Source: Bacteroidota bacterium (lineage in GTDB: Bacteria > Bacteroidota > Bacteroidia > Bacteroidales > WCHB1-69). Taken from it: a stretch of 64,000 nt of DNA. The stretch spans positions 5,056 to 69,055 of the forward strand of contig JAKPTX010000022.1 of NCBI GenBank assembly GCA_029570835.1, read 5' to 3'. Of the stretch, positions 10,550 to 21,044 are shown in pieces. How positions within the stretch are numbered: the stretch's first letter is position 1; every line of letters starts with the position of its first letter. The notes under the pieces were generated by a model, which had not been told where the DNA came from, did not search any database, and saw only the letters and a list, made by a program, of their open reading frames with translations. The translations under genes and the position numbers were made by a program.

Positions 10550-13366
10550 CTAATTATCTCGTACAATGAGCAAGGAACCACTATACTCAACCACCTTCAC
10601 TTTTCCCTTATAATAAAAGGAAAAATAGTATTGTCCATCTTGAAGGTCTGCTGCATCAAAAAATTGAGTCCCCACAACTAACTCATCATCCTTCATGTAG
10701 GTGTCATAATTGTACGCTTCATATACTTTTCTTCCCCAGCGATCAAAGATTTGCAGGACATTTTCACGATAACGGTCCGGATCTTCGGGGTCAAACGCCG
10801 TATTAAGATTTTTGATAGCAAAAACATCATTCAATCCGTCTCCATTCGGTGTTATTACGTTAGGAAACTCCAGATCTTGCTCTATAACAACCGTATGGGC
10901 TATGGAACTGGAGCAACCATACCCCGTAGTGATATAAAAAACAACATCATAATCTCCCCAAGTAGTGTACACATGTGTGGGATTCCAGTTGAGCGAATCG
11001 ATTGTTCCATCACCAAAATCCCAATACCAATCAGTGTTAGGATCATTTGCAAAAAGAACCGAATCGCAATAGTTAGTAAAGGTCACTTCCCCCCCTGATT
11101 CACTCAACAACGAAATCTCAGGAGTATAAGAAAACTCCGCAATAGGTTGAGGATATGCCTTTAGGTAACTCCACTTCATAATCGAGTCAGCACATCCATT
11201 AGGAGTTGTAACAATAAGTTGTACATGATATATATCGGGGATCTCAATAAAAAACTTGGGATTTACTTGATTAGAGCGATACACCTCCTGCCCCTCTAGA
11301 TTATAAATTCTCCACTCATAAATATTATTTAAATGAGTATTAGTAGCAGTTTCATTGGTCAATAACACCTCCATTGGAGCACAACCTTCTGTAGGATCCG
11401 TTAAAAAATCGGGCCAGGGATGGTCGTCAATGGAAACATATATTGAGTCTTTCCCAACACAAATGAGGTCTGATCCTTCGGCTGTAGCTGTAATTTCAAT
11501 AAAATACCATCCCTCGACCAAAGCCATAATTTCATCCGTGGTCGCACCGGTATTCCACCAATATGTTGCATCAGGATCTTCGTATTCGGCATTTAAAATA
11601 ATAATTTGCCCTTCGCACAATTTCGCTGTATCCAATCCCCCATTGATATTGGGTTCCGGAGATTGGATAACTAAGATATGAAAACTTGTATCGTATTCAC
11701 ATCCATACTCATCAATAATTGTTACGGTATAAACATTGTCTCCAGCCTCTCCCAATAAAATTTGAGCTGAAGTTTTAGAAGTGGGAATCACATGAGTTCC
11801 TCCCCAAATCACAGTATCAATATCCACATTATATTGCCAGCCACCGGGTACTATTGAAGAATCCAAAGAGAGAGACCAACTAAAGATATAACCATTATCA
11901 TAAGGGATATGATCGCAAATAGTAATTCTCCAATTCCCATTCAGCGGACAGTTCAAAAGATTTCCTATCGACTCATAAATTCCATAATATTCCGGAGATG
12001 TCGGCACATTCGTATGCATATTGGATACACTGGGTCTCAATGCCGGACCTGTCCAGGTTTGACCAACCTGATCAACATGATGGTATCCTACGGTAGGACC
12101 ACCTGATCCAAAACAAGTAGTATAGCCGGGTCTAAACTCATAATCCCATCCAATCCCAGGCGTATTATAGGTTGGATTTCCAATGGGGGGATTGGGTGCA
12201 CAACCCAAATCGATTCCACCTCCTCCAACAGAACAGGGGTTACTAATTGGCCCCATGGGCATGGGATTTCCGGCGTTGTGTGCTTTCAAAATCACGGATT
12301 GTCCGGAAGGACATTGCAAACGGATAGAAATATCTCCCAAATAGGAGTGCTCCATATTTAATCTGATCCCTTTCAGATGATTAAGATTTGTCAACATTTG
12401 TCCCGGATTAAAAATATCGAAAAGAATATCGGAATTATAACAAGTGTTATTGCCATCCGGGAGGAAAACAGTATGTGCTTCAGAGAGTGTTCCTGTTGCG
12501 GTGGAGCCGACAGCACCTGTTTGAATTGTTGCCAAAGGATCATTCCCGACATAAACATCTATGTAGTTACCGGAACAAGCATCAGGAACCGGAGGTGTTC
12601 CTTTAATTGGATTATCAGCCACTCTGATTCTTCCCTTATACATTGTATTAGGGAAACAGCCCATAGTATCAACCGCATACAGAGTGTAATCCCAACCTCT
12701 TACCTGAGTAAAACACTTTGTTACAACACGTTGAGTATCAATAATTGAATATCCAAAACGCCAAATAAACTGCGTATTTTCCTGTGTTTGTTCGTAGTTG
12801 ATGTGATTTTGCAAGAAAACCGCTTCCGCACCAAAAGTGATACAACTGTCTTTACAAACATTCATGTAGAGCCCTTCGATAATCGGTTTGGTTGTTACTA
12901 TCGGATCTATTTGTACATTATAACTTTGACAAGGTGCATGACAAGAAATAGTAGCAGCCCATCCTGTACCATTTTGAGATCCCGAAACAAACACAATATG
13001 GAGAGCACCCGAAGTGTTAAGAGAAGAAGCAACAACTGGGTGTCCAAGGGGAGAGATCATATCATTATAGGCTGCTATTTGAGGTGCATTGTTATCCATT
13101 CCATCATAAATAAAAAGAGTACCTCCTACGCCCAATGAAAAGAGCGAAAACTCTATTCTTACAGCCACTCCCGGTGAAGCCGGAATAAAAGTGATGGATG
13201 AAAATTGATTTACTCCATGATTCCCGGAATTTCCTCCAGTATCATAAAAATTGGCATTGCAAGTTGTATGGGTAGCGGTATTAGTTCCAGAGGGCATATT
13301 GATATTTTGTTGAGAAAAGGCAGTTACTATTGCAAAGCTAAAAAATGCTAACAATGCTACTCTCAT
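10550..13366 (-). CDS. Secreted T9SS cargo with CUB-like domain, proprotein-convertase P-domain, PKD-like domains and a type-B (gliding-motility CHU_C) C-terminal domain
   Basis: 938 aa with signal peptide MRVALLAFFSFAIVTAFSQQ. The CUB-like stretch is NANFYDTGGNSGNHG...LFIYDG. The P-domain-like stretch is HSYLGDISIRLQCPSGQSVILK. The C-terminus EFPNVITPNGDGLNDVFAIKNL...IFDRWGRKVYE matches the type-B CTD pattern. Confidence 0.8.
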   Translation of the reverse strand: MRVALLAFFSFAIVTAFSQQNINMPSGTNTATHTTCNANFYDTGGNSGNHGVNQFSSITFIPASPGVAVRIEFSLFSLGVGGTLFIYDGMDNNAPQIAAYNDMISPLGHPVVASSLNTSGALHIVFVSGSQNGTGWAATISCHAPCQSYNVQIDPIVTTKPIIEGLYMNVCKDSCITFGAEAVFLQNHINYEQTQENTQFIWRFGYSIIDTQRVVTKCFTQVRGWDYTLYAVDTMGCFPNTMYKGRIRVADNPIKGTPPVPDACSGNYIDVYVGNDPLATIQTGAVGSTATGTLSEAHTVFLPDGNNTCYNSDILFDIFNPGQMLTNLNHLKGIRLNMEHSYLGDISIRLQCPSGQSVILKAHNAGNPMPMGPISNPCSVGGGGIDLGCAPNPPIGNPTYNTPGIGWDYEFRPGYTTCFGSGGPTVGYHHVDQVGQTWTGPALRPSVSNMHTNVPTSPEYYGIYESIGNLLNCPLNGNWRITICDHIPYDNGYIFSWSLSLDSSIVPGGWQYNVDIDTVIWGGTHVIPTSKTSAQILLGEAGDNVYTVTIIDEYGCEYDTSFHILVIQSPEPNINGGLDTAKLCEGQIIILNAEYEDPDATYWWNTGATTDEIMALVEGWYFIEITATAEGSDLICVGKDSIYVSIDDHPWPDFLTDPTEGCAPMEVLLTNETATNTHLNNIYEWRIYNLEGQEVYRSNQVNPKFFIEIPDIYHVQLIVTTPNGCADSIMKWSYLKAYPQPIAEFSYTPEISLLSESGGEVTFTNYCDSVLFANDPNTDWYWDFGDGTIDSLNWNPTHVYTTWGDYDVVFYITTGYGCSSSIAHTVVIEQDLEFPNVITPNGDGLNDVFAIKNLNTAFDPEDPDRYRENVLQIFDRWGRKVYEAYNYDTYMKDDELVVGTQFFDAADLQDGQYYFSFYYKGKVKVVEYSGSLLIVRDN

Positions 13367-13430
13367 ATCAAAAGGGCTTACAAATCAATTCATTAAAAAT
13401 CGGTTTTATTAATAATTCTATTTTAACATT

Positions 13431-14243
13431 TTACAATTGTATCTCAAACTCTCTCAACACCTGATTGAGTGAGGTTTTTTTATCCGTAGACGCATTTCGT
13501 TTTCCAATAATCAAAGCACAATTAACGTGATAATCGCCGGCAGGGAACGGCTTAATTCTAGTACCCGGAATCACCACACTATTTTCAGGAATATAACCAC
13601 TATACTCTATAGGTTCTTTCCCTGTAACATCAATCACTTTCGTGCTTTTTGTCAACACTACATTAGCCCCCAATACCGCTCCCTTTTTTACATGTACTCC
13701 TTCAACAACAATACAGCGAGATCCTATGAAACAATCGTCTTCAACAATGACCGGTGTAGCTTGTAAAGGTTCTAAAACACCTCCAATCCCAACACCTCCA
13801 CTGAGGTGTACATTTTTTCCAATTTGAGCACAAGATCCCACAGTTGCCCATGTATCCACCATGGTACCGGAATCAACATAAGCACCAATATTGACATAAG
13901 ATGGCATCAGCACCACTTGAGGTGCCAAATAAGAGCCATATCTGGCAGTTGCCGGAGGTACCACACGAACTCCCAGTTTATCAAATCCACTTTTCAAAGG
14001 AATTTTATCAAAATACTCAAAAGGAGGGGATAATATCTTTTGATTAGATTGAATAGAAAAATAAAGTAAAATCGCTTTTTTTATCCACTCATTGACAATC
14101 CATTGTTCTGCTGAATAGAGAGCCACCCTTATTAAACCTTGGTCTAATTGATCGATCACTTCTTTTACAACTTCTTGATAATCAAGCTTTTTTAAAAGAT
14201 CTCTATTTTCCCAAGCTGCATTGATGAACTGTTTCATATTCAA
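13431..14243 (-). CDS. dapD: 2,3,4,5-tetrahydropyridine-2,6-dicarboxylate N-succinyltransferase
   Basis: 270 aa with a left-handed beta-helix hexapeptide region (GAYVDSGTMVDTWATVGSCAQIGKNVHLSGGVGIGGVLEP). This is preceded by a DapD-type N-terminal helical domain. Confidence 0.85.
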   Translation of the reverse strand: MNMKQFINAAWENRDLLKKLDYQEVVKEVIDQLDQGLIRVALYSAEQWIVNEWIKKAILLYFSIQSNQKILSPPFEYFDKIPLKSGFDKLGVRVVPPATARYGSYLAPQVVLMPSYVNIGAYVDSGTMVDTWATVGSCAQIGKNVHLSGGVGIGGVLEPLQATPVIVEDDCFIGSRCIVVEGVHVKKGAVLGANVVLTKSTKVIDVTGKEPIEYSGYIPENSVVIPGTRIKPFPAGDYHVNCALIIGKRNASTDKKTSLNQVLREFEIQL

Positions 14244-14312
14244 AATAATATATCAACCGCGAATTTATTAAAAAAAAACGATTTTAGCCCCATTAACTCG
14301 ATAAAAATTTTG

Positions 14313-14320
14313 TATATTTG
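14313..14320 (+). promoter_or_regulatory. -7 box TATATTTG
   Basis: 20 nt upstream of the ATG at 14340. Confidence 0.45.
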
Positions 14321-14339
14321 CAAAAATTATCGATTGGCA

Positions 14340-15167
14340 ATGCGAAAACGGGTCCAAATTCACTCATTTTTTCTTATCTTACTCATATTTAACACAATAT
14401 GTATAGCTCAAAATCATATTGTAGTAATGCATACCAATGATACTCACAGTCAAATCGATCCTGTTGAAACACAAACCTATGGAAATGTAGGAGGGGTATT
14501 GCGACGCTTTCAATTAATTCAGGAAACAAGGCAAAAGGAACCCCACATGCTACTTTTGGATGCGGGTGATTTTTTTCAAGGCTCCCCTTTTTACAATTTC
14601 TTTGAAGGTGCAGTAGAAATTGAATTGATGAACATGATGGGGTATGATGTTGTAACTTTGGGGAATCATGAGTTTGACAATGGATCAGCCGAGTTGGCTA
14701 AACAGCTAAAAAAAGCAAGTTTTAAGGTTGTTTGTGCTAATTATAAGTTTAAAAATAGAAAACTAAGAAAGATCGTAAAACCCTACACAGTAATCCGGGT
14801 TAACAACGTTAAAATCGGTATTTTCGGATTAACTGCTTCATTGAGCGGATTGGTTTCACCTTCAATACTTAAAGAGGTTACTTTCTTAGACCCCATCACT
14901 AGCGGGAAAAAAATGGTTGAACTACTCAAAAAGAAAGAAAAATGCGATCTCATTATCTGCCTTTCTCATTTGGGCTATACTCCGGTAGGTGATAACCTCA
15001 TCTCCGATCCGATGCTGGCTGAAACAGTAGATGGGATAGATCTCATCATAGGAGGTCATACGCATACCTACTTAGAAGAACCGGAAGTGATTAATGGTAC
15101 ACGAATCTATCAAACCGGGTCCAAAGGGATACACATTGGAAAAATAAATATTGTTATTAATAAATAA
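14340..15167 (+). CDS. Secreted metallophosphoesterase (5'-nucleotidase/UshA N-terminal-type domain only)
   Basis: Metallophosphatase motifs are present: HTNDTHS, DAGDFFQG, GNHEFD, GGHTH. The track ORF starts at TTG 14310, but a TAnnTTTG promoter box sits at 14313-14320. The ATG at 14340 (MRKRVQIHSFF..., signal peptide) is therefore preferred. Confidence 0.75.
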   Translation: MRKRVQIHSFFLILLIFNTICIAQNHIVVMHTNDTHSQIDPVETQTYGNVGGVLRRFQLIQETRQKEPHMLLLDAGDFFQGSPFYNFFEGAVEIELMNMMGYDVVTLGNHEFDNGSAELAKQLKKASFKVVCANYKFKNRKLRKIVKPYTVIRVNNVKIGIFGLTASLSGLVSPSILKEVTFLDPITSGKKMVELLKKKEKCDLIICLSHLGYTPVGDNLISDPMLAETVDGIDLIIGGHTHTYLEEPEVINGTRIYQTGSKGIHIGKINIVINK

Positions 15168-15172
15168 TACAG

Positions 15173-17140
15173 ATGGCATATATTGAATTTGACAAAGAGC
15201 AGTTAGTAAATATCAATTTCTCAAAGAAAAGAGAGATTTTGAGATGTAGTAGAACAGGTTCCTTCGCAACGACCACTATTTTAGGGCTCAATACGCGAAA
15301 GTATCATGGTTTGTTCATTGTTCCTCAAGACAATATTGATGGGGAAAGGCATCTATTAGTTTCTAATTTGAATGAAACTTTTATTATCAATGATATGGAG
15401 TTTCATATTGGAGTTCAACAATTTAAAGGAGGAATTCTACATCCTAAAGGACATAAATACCTGGAAAACTTCAATGCCGACCTTCTTCCCACTTATCAAT
15501 ATAAAGTGGGCAATTTCACTTTTAACAAAGAATTGCTTTTTGTTTCCGACCAAGATCGGGTTTTGATAAAGTATACTGTGCCCGAACAGTTTGAGTCTGC
15601 ATTTCTACAAATTGAACCTTTTTTAGCTTTCCGTCAGATTCATCAATTAACTTTTAAGAACTATCAGGCTAATACCAATTTTGAGTGGGTTAAAAATGGC
15701 GTAAGATACTGTTTATATGACCAATATACCCCTGTTTATATTCAATCCTCTGAACCTGTTACATACCGTCATGAACCTACGTGGTACAACAACGTAGAAT
15801 ATGAAGAGGAGATTAAAAGGGGATATGATGGGCATGAGGATCTGATGAGGCCGGGTAAACTACAAATGGAGCTCAAACAGAAGGAACTCTACATATCTAT
15901 CGGCACTACGGCTATGGATCCAACTCAAATCCAGACACTGTTCCAAGAGGAAATGAAGAAGAAAACCACACGTTCTTCCTTCATTAACTGTTTGATTAAT
16001 GCTGCTGATCAATTTATTATAAAAAGAGGGGGGAAAACTTATATCGTCGCGGGCTACCCCTGGTTTGGCCGTTGGGGAAGAGATACCTTTATTGCTCTTC
16101 CTGGTCTTACATTAGCACTTAATAAACCGCAACTTTTCAAGGAGATTATCGACAGTATTGTAGATGAAATGCAGGATGGACTTTTCCCCAATATTGGAGG
16201 AACAGGAAATGCTGCCTACAACTCTGTTGATGCGCCTTTATGGTTTATCAGAGCATTGCAACAGTATGCTCAATATACAAAAATGAAAAAAGAGGTATGG
16301 AAAGAATATGGAATGATCATCAAATCAATCCTTAACGCATACAGACAAGGGACTCTCTACAACATAAGAATGGAGGAGAACGGATTGATTTATGCCGGAA
16401 GCGATGGAGTGGCACTCACCTGGATGGATGCCGTGGTGGATAGCGTGCCTGTTACCCCTAGAACCGGCTATCAGGTTGAAATTAATGGATTGTGGTACAA
16501 TGCCATTCAATTTGCTTTGGAGTTGGCAAAATTGGCAAAAGAGAGTGAGTTTGTCCATGAATGGGAATCTATTGCTAAAGGATTTCCTAATGTGTTCAAA
16601 GAAACCTTTTGGTCTAAAGAAAAAGGATACCTAGCAGATTATGTGAACGGTGATTATAAAAACTTCCAGATTCGACCCAATATGGTGATCGTAACCTCTC
16701 TCCCTTACTCTCCTATTAGCGAAAAAATCAAACAGTTGGTCTTGAACGTTGCTATGAAGGAATTATTAACCGATAAGGGATTGCGTACGTTGAGTCCTCA
16801 GGATGTCGATTACAAAGGGTTTTATGAAGGCAACCAAGCAGAACGGGACAGAGCGTACCATCAGGGGACCAATTGGCCGTGGTTATTAGCTCCTTATGCA
16901 GAAGGATTAGTCGCAGTACATCAAAAAGATGCAATTCCGGTTTTGGAAAAACTCCTGTATCAATTTGATGCTTTCATGAAAGATTATGGAGTATCTACCA
17001 TTGCTGAAATTACAGATGGAAATCCTCCGTTTAAACCTAAAGGATGTATATCTCAAGCATGGAGTGTTGCAGCTGCTTTACAAATAAAATGGTTGATTGA
17101 AAAAGAGAAGGGAACCTTGAAGGAGGTCAAAAAAGTATAG
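15173..17140 (+). CDS. Glycogen debranching enzyme (amylo-alpha-1,6-glucosidase, GDE_C family)
   Basis: 655 aa. GYPWFGRWGRDTFIALPGL and the C-terminal (alpha/alpha)6-type region are typical of bacterial/archaeal GDE proteins. It is clustered with GT4 and GH57 genes. Confidence 0.8.
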   Translation: MAYIEFDKEQLVNINFSKKREILRCSRTGSFATTTILGLNTRKYHGLFIVPQDNIDGERHLLVSNLNETFIINDMEFHIGVQQFKGGILHPKGHKYLENFNADLLPTYQYKVGNFTFNKELLFVSDQDRVLIKYTVPEQFESAFLQIEPFLAFRQIHQLTFKNYQANTNFEWVKNGVRYCLYDQYTPVYIQSSEPVTYRHEPTWYNNVEYEEEIKRGYDGHEDLMRPGKLQMELKQKELYISIGTTAMDPTQIQTLFQEEMKKKTTRSSFINCLINAADQFIIKRGGKTYIVAGYPWFGRWGRDTFIALPGLTLALNKPQLFKEIIDSIVDEMQDGLFPNIGGTGNAAYNSVDAPLWFIRALQQYAQYTKMKKEVWKEYGMIIKSILNAYRQGTLYNIRMEENGLIYAGSDGVALTWMDAVVDSVPVTPRTGYQVEINGLWYNAIQFALELAKLAKESEFVHEWESIAKGFPNVFKETFWSKEKGYLADYVNGDYKNFQIRPNMVIVTSLPYSPISEKIKQLVLNVAMKELLTDKGLRTLSPQDVDYKGFYEGNQAERDRAYHQGTNWPWLLAPYAEGLVAVHQKDAIPVLEKLLYQFDAFMKDYGVSTIAEITDGNPPFKPKGCISQAWSVAAALQIKWLIEKEKGTLKEVKKV

Positions 17141-17170
17141 TAAAAAATATGAATAGAAAAAACTAAAGAG

Positions 17171-18454
17171 ATGAAAGTATTAATGTTTGGTTGGGAATTT
17201 CCCCCACATATTTCAGGTGGTTTGGGAACTGCATGTTACGGGTTAACTAAAGGTTTGGCCAAAAATGATGTAGAAGTACTTTTTGTCATGCCTAAAGCAT
17301 CACAAGATGAAGATCAAACCTATACCCGAATTATTGATGCCAGTGCTGTTGCAGTGGATTTTACCCAATCCCATATCACATCACTTTTTCAAAATGTCTC
17401 CTTCATTGAAGTAAACTCAAAATTAATCCCCTATGTAGGAATCAATCAATACTATCAACTAGTTGATCAAATGAGAAGTGGGACCATAGAAACCCAAACA
17501 TCCGAGGGAAAAAGAACTTTCTCATTCACTGGGAAATACACTCAAAATTTAATGCAAGAAGTTGAAAATTATGCACTTGTAGCCGCTCAGATTGCTTCTG
17601 AATACGACTTTGACATTATTCATGCTCATGACTGGCTAACCTATAAAGCCGGGGTTGCAGCAAGAAAAATATCAGGAAAACCACTGGTAGTGCATGTTCA
17701 TGCTACTGAATTTGACCGTTCCGGAGAGCACAATATCAACGACATTGTATATGGAATGGAACGTTACGGAATGAGTGAAGCAGACGCTGTTTGCGCTGTC
17801 AGTAATTGGACCCGTGATATTGTTATTAACAAATACCACATCGAACCTAAAAAGGTGTTCCCGCTGCATAATGCCGTTGAACCTGTTTTAAAAGAGGTGG
17901 TTAGAAAAAAATATGTAAAAGAAAAAATTGTAACCTTCTTGGGAAGAGTTACCTTCCAAAAGGGTCCTGAGTATTTTATTGAAAGTGCTAAAAAAATACT
18001 TGACAGGGATCCTAATGTTCGCTTTGTATTGGCCGGTGACGGAGACTTGATGCACAATGCTATTGAACGTGTTGCAGAATTAGGAATCTCCGATCGTTTC
18101 CACTTTACAGGTTTTCTAAGAGGTGCTGAAATTGATGAAATGTTTGGAATGAGTGATGTGTATGTAATGCCCTCTATCTCCGAACCTTTTGGAATCTCTC
18201 CTTTAGAAGCCATGAGAGCTTATGTTCCCGTAGTAATTTCCAAACAATCGGGAGTTTCTGAAGTGTTAACCCATGCTATCAAAGTTGATTTTTGGGATGT
18301 AGATGCCATGGCAGATGCTATCTATGGTATTCTACATTACCCGGCTTTAGCTACTTTCTTGGGAGAAAAAGGAAAAGAAGATGTGGATAACTTACAATGG
18401 GAAAAGGTGGCGGCAAGGTTAAAAAAGATCTATAATCAATTGTTAAACTCTTAA
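17171..18454 (+). CDS. Glycosyltransferase family 4 (glycogen-synthase-like)
   Basis: 427 aa. The N-terminus FGWEFPPHISGGLGTA and the C-terminal MPSISEPFGISPLEAM (E-x7-E) are GT-B/GT4 hallmarks. The gene sits between GDE and GH57 genes. Confidence 0.75.
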   Translation: MKVLMFGWEFPPHISGGLGTACYGLTKGLAKNDVEVLFVMPKASQDEDQTYTRIIDASAVAVDFTQSHITSLFQNVSFIEVNSKLIPYVGINQYYQLVDQMRSGTIETQTSEGKRTFSFTGKYTQNLMQEVENYALVAAQIASEYDFDIIHAHDWLTYKAGVAARKISGKPLVVHVHATEFDRSGEHNINDIVYGMERYGMSEADAVCAVSNWTRDIVINKYHIEPKKVFPLHNAVEPVLKEVVRKKYVKEKIVTFLGRVTFQKGPEYFIESAKKILDRDPNVRFVLAGDGDLMHNAIERVAELGISDRFHFTGFLRGAEIDEMFGMSDVYVMPSISEPFGISPLEAMRAYVPVVISKQSGVSEVLTHAIKVDFWDVDAMADAIYGILHYPALATFLGEKGKEDVDNLQWEKVAARLKKIYNQLLNS

Positions 18455-18465
18455 ATCAAAATGTT

Positions 18466-19662
18466 ATGCGTAAAATTTGTATCCATTTTCAGGTTGTTCA
18501 ACCCCATTTGCTGCGTACTTATCGTTTTTTTGATATAAATCAAAATCATAACTATTTTGATGATTATCAGAACAGATATTTAATTCATCGATTAGCTGAC
18601 CGTAGCTTTTTACCTACAAACCAGCTATTGATGGAACTGATTAAAAAATATCCTGATTCACTTTATTTGAGTATGAGTATCTCAGGATCTACCATTATGC
18701 TTCTCAAAGAGTATTATCCTGAAGCACTGGAAAGTTTTAAACAATTGATTGCTACCGGGAATGTAGAAATTACTGGAAGTACTTTGACCCACAGTTTGGC
18801 TTCCCTCAACAATAAAAGCAGTTTCCTGGAACAAATTAGACTTCAAGAAGAGATACTCGAATCTACATTCGGAGTTAAACCCACTGTTTTTTGTAATACA
18901 GAACTGATCTATTCCGATGAGATTGGAGAGTGGCTCTATGAAGCAGGTTATCGTACGGTATTAACTGAGGGTGCACGTCATATTTTGGGTTGGAAAAGCT
19001 CAGGATATCTATATTGCAACCCCTATAAAACCGATCTTAATGTTTTGATGCGAAATCCTAATCTAGCAGATGATGTAACCTTTAGATTTAACGACTCCAC
19101 TTGGGATCAATACCCCCTTAGTGCAGACAAAATGATACGATCGATTGATCTTTTCCCTGAAGAGGAACCACTGGTTAACCTATTTTGGGATTATGACCTT
19201 TTAGGATTAGTCCAACCGGAAGAGAATGGCATATTTGATTTCTTTAAGGCTTTTCTATCTCAATTAGCAAGTTCTGCTAACCATCAATTATGTACTCCTT
19301 CTGCGATCGTAGAAAGTAACACGACAAAATCTACAATCCATGTACCATGGGCTATCTCCAGCTCAGGTGAAGAAAAAGATCCAAACGAATGGGTTGGTAA
19401 TGAACTTCAACAGGAAGCTTTTTCACAACTCTTTAAACTAGAGGAGTCATATAATAAATCAACTTGTGAATATACTAAGTTGGCCTGGCTGCGTTTACAA
19501 AATGCGTTCCACTTTAACTTTATGAGTACTAAGTGGTTACCTCATGAATCCGTAAAACGAATTTTTGATGTATACCCCTCACCCTATCAAGCATTTATAA
19601 ACTACATGAATGTATTAAACGATATTAAAATTCAACTAGAAAAAACAGAAAAAAAGAAGTAA
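18466..19662 (+). CDS. Glycoside hydrolase family 57-like (alpha-amylase/branching-type) protein
   Basis: 398 aa. The call rests on the N-terminal (beta/alpha)7-type start ICIHFQVVQPH and on its position in the conserved Bacteroidota GDE-GT4-GH57 glycogen cluster. The family assignment comes from context plus weak motifs. Confidence 0.6.
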   Translation: MRKICIHFQVVQPHLLRTYRFFDINQNHNYFDDYQNRYLIHRLADRSFLPTNQLLMELIKKYPDSLYLSMSISGSTIMLLKEYYPEALESFKQLIATGNVEITGSTLTHSLASLNNKSSFLEQIRLQEEILESTFGVKPTVFCNTELIYSDEIGEWLYEAGYRTVLTEGARHILGWKSSGYLYCNPYKTDLNVLMRNPNLADDVTFRFNDSTWDQYPLSADKMIRSIDLFPEEEPLVNLFWDYDLLGLVQPEENGIFDFFKAFLSQLASSANHQLCTPSAIVESNTTKSTIHVPWAISSSGEEKDPNEWVGNELQQEAFSQLFKLEESYNKSTCEYTKLAWLRLQNAFHFNFMSTKWLPHESVKRIFDVYPSPYQAFINYMNVLNDIKIQLEKTEKKK

Positions 19663-19665
19663 CTT

Positions 19666-21018
19666 ATGAACATTGTCAAACCATCTATTCCTAAAGGTAC
19701 ACGTGATTTTCAACCTTTGGAAATGATGAAGCGAAACTATATTTTCAATACTATTAAATCGGTTTTTGAAAAATATGCGTATCTCCCCATCGAAACCCCC
19801 AGTATGGAAAATCTTTCCACATTAATGGGAAAATATGGAGAAGAGGGGGATCGTTTATTGTTCAAAATCCTCAACTCCGGTGACTTTTTATCCGGAGTTA
19901 ATCCGGAAGAGTACAACTCACAACAATTGACACCCCTAATTGCTGAGAAAGGATTACGCTATGACCTTACCGTTCCTTTTGCCCGATTTGTTGTACAACA
20001 TCAAAATGATCTGACTTTCCCATTCAAAAGATATCAAATGCAGCCGGTTTGGAGAGCAGACAGACCACAAAAGGGACGATACCGCGAATTTTATCAATGT
20101 GATATTGACGTAATTGGAAGTGATTCTTTATTGAATGAAGTGGAATTGATCCAAATTACGAATGAGATTTTTGGAAAGTTTCAAATTCCGATTGAAATGA
20201 AGATCAACAACAGAAAAGTGTTATCCGGAATAGCTGAAGTAGTGGGACACCCTGAAAAGATCACCGATATCTGCGTTGCAATCGATAAAATTGACAAAAT
20301 TGGAAAGGAAAAAGTATATGAAGAGCTACTCCAACGAGAGATCAGTATTAAAGCGATCAACAAAATTGAACCTTTCTTCAACTTTACAGGAAATAACCGG
20401 GAAAAATTAGCTCTATTAAGACACTACTTTGAAAATAGCGCCATTGGGTCTGAAGGAGTGCGTGAATTGGAAGAGATTATCCTAATGTGTCAGGAATTGC
20501 ACATTGAAGAGCCTGAAATCGATATTACTTTGGCTCGCGGTCTAAACTACTACACCGGAGCTATCTTTGAAGTAAAAACAGTGGGTGTGGTAATGGGTAG
20601 TATCTCCGGAGGTGGCAGATATGATGATTTAACAGGTGTTTTTGGATTGAAAAACATGTCGGGAGTGGGAATCTCGTACGGAGCTGAACGAATCTATGAT
20701 GTATTAGAAGAGATGAACCTTTTTCCTAAACAGATTGGAACTCCGATTAAAGTGATCTTCCTTAACTTTGGTGAATCTGAACAACTCTATGCTTTAAAAG
20801 CAGTTCAACAGGTTAGAGCCGCCGGAATTGCTGCAGAGATCTATCCGGATAAAGTTAAAATTGGAAAACAAATGAACTATGCCAACAACAAGGGAATCCC
20901 CTTCGTCGTTATGGCTGGAGAACAAGAGATCAATCAAAATCGCTATACACTAAAAAACATGGAAACCGGTGAACAAGAGATATTCGACTTGGGAACTATA
21001 ATTAAAAAATTATCGTAA
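19666..21018 (+). CDS. hisS: Histidine--tRNA ligase
   Basis: 450 aa with class-II aaRS motifs ([23 protein letters not shown]). It also has the HisRS-specific GGGRYDDL and a C-terminal anticodon-binding domain. Confidence 0.9.
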   Translation: MNIVKPSIPKGTRDFQPLEMMKRNYIFNTIKSVFEKYAYLPIETPSMENLSTLMGKYGEEGDRLLFKILNSGDFLSGVNPEEYNSQQLTPLIAEKGLRYDLTVPFARFVVQHQNDLTFPFKRYQMQPVWRADRPQKGRYREFYQCDIDVIGSDSLLNEVELIQITNEIFGKFQIPIEMKINNRKVLSGIAEVVGHPEKITDICVAIDKIDKIGKEKVYEELLQREISIKAINKIEPFFNFTGNNREKLALLRHYFENSAIGSEGVRELEEIILMCQELHIEEPEIDITLARGLNYYTGAIFEVKTVGVVMGSISGGGRYDDLTGVFGLKNMSGVGISYGAERIYDVLEEMNLFPKQIGTPIKVIFLNFGESEQLYALKAVQQVRAAGIAAEIYPDKVKIGKQMNYANNKGIPFVVMAGEQEINQNRYTLKNMETGEQEIFDLGTIIKKLS

Positions 21019-21044
21019 AAACCATAATAATTGGATAAGAAAGT

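Noticed and set aside
17764-18213. 149-aa minus-strand ORF inside the GT4 gene; similarly 28847-29266 (139 aa) and 63055-63462 (135 aa)
   Set aside because: Each is antisense to a gene with strong family motifs (GT4, HEXXH protein, rnfC). None has a promoter box or a recognisable motif.
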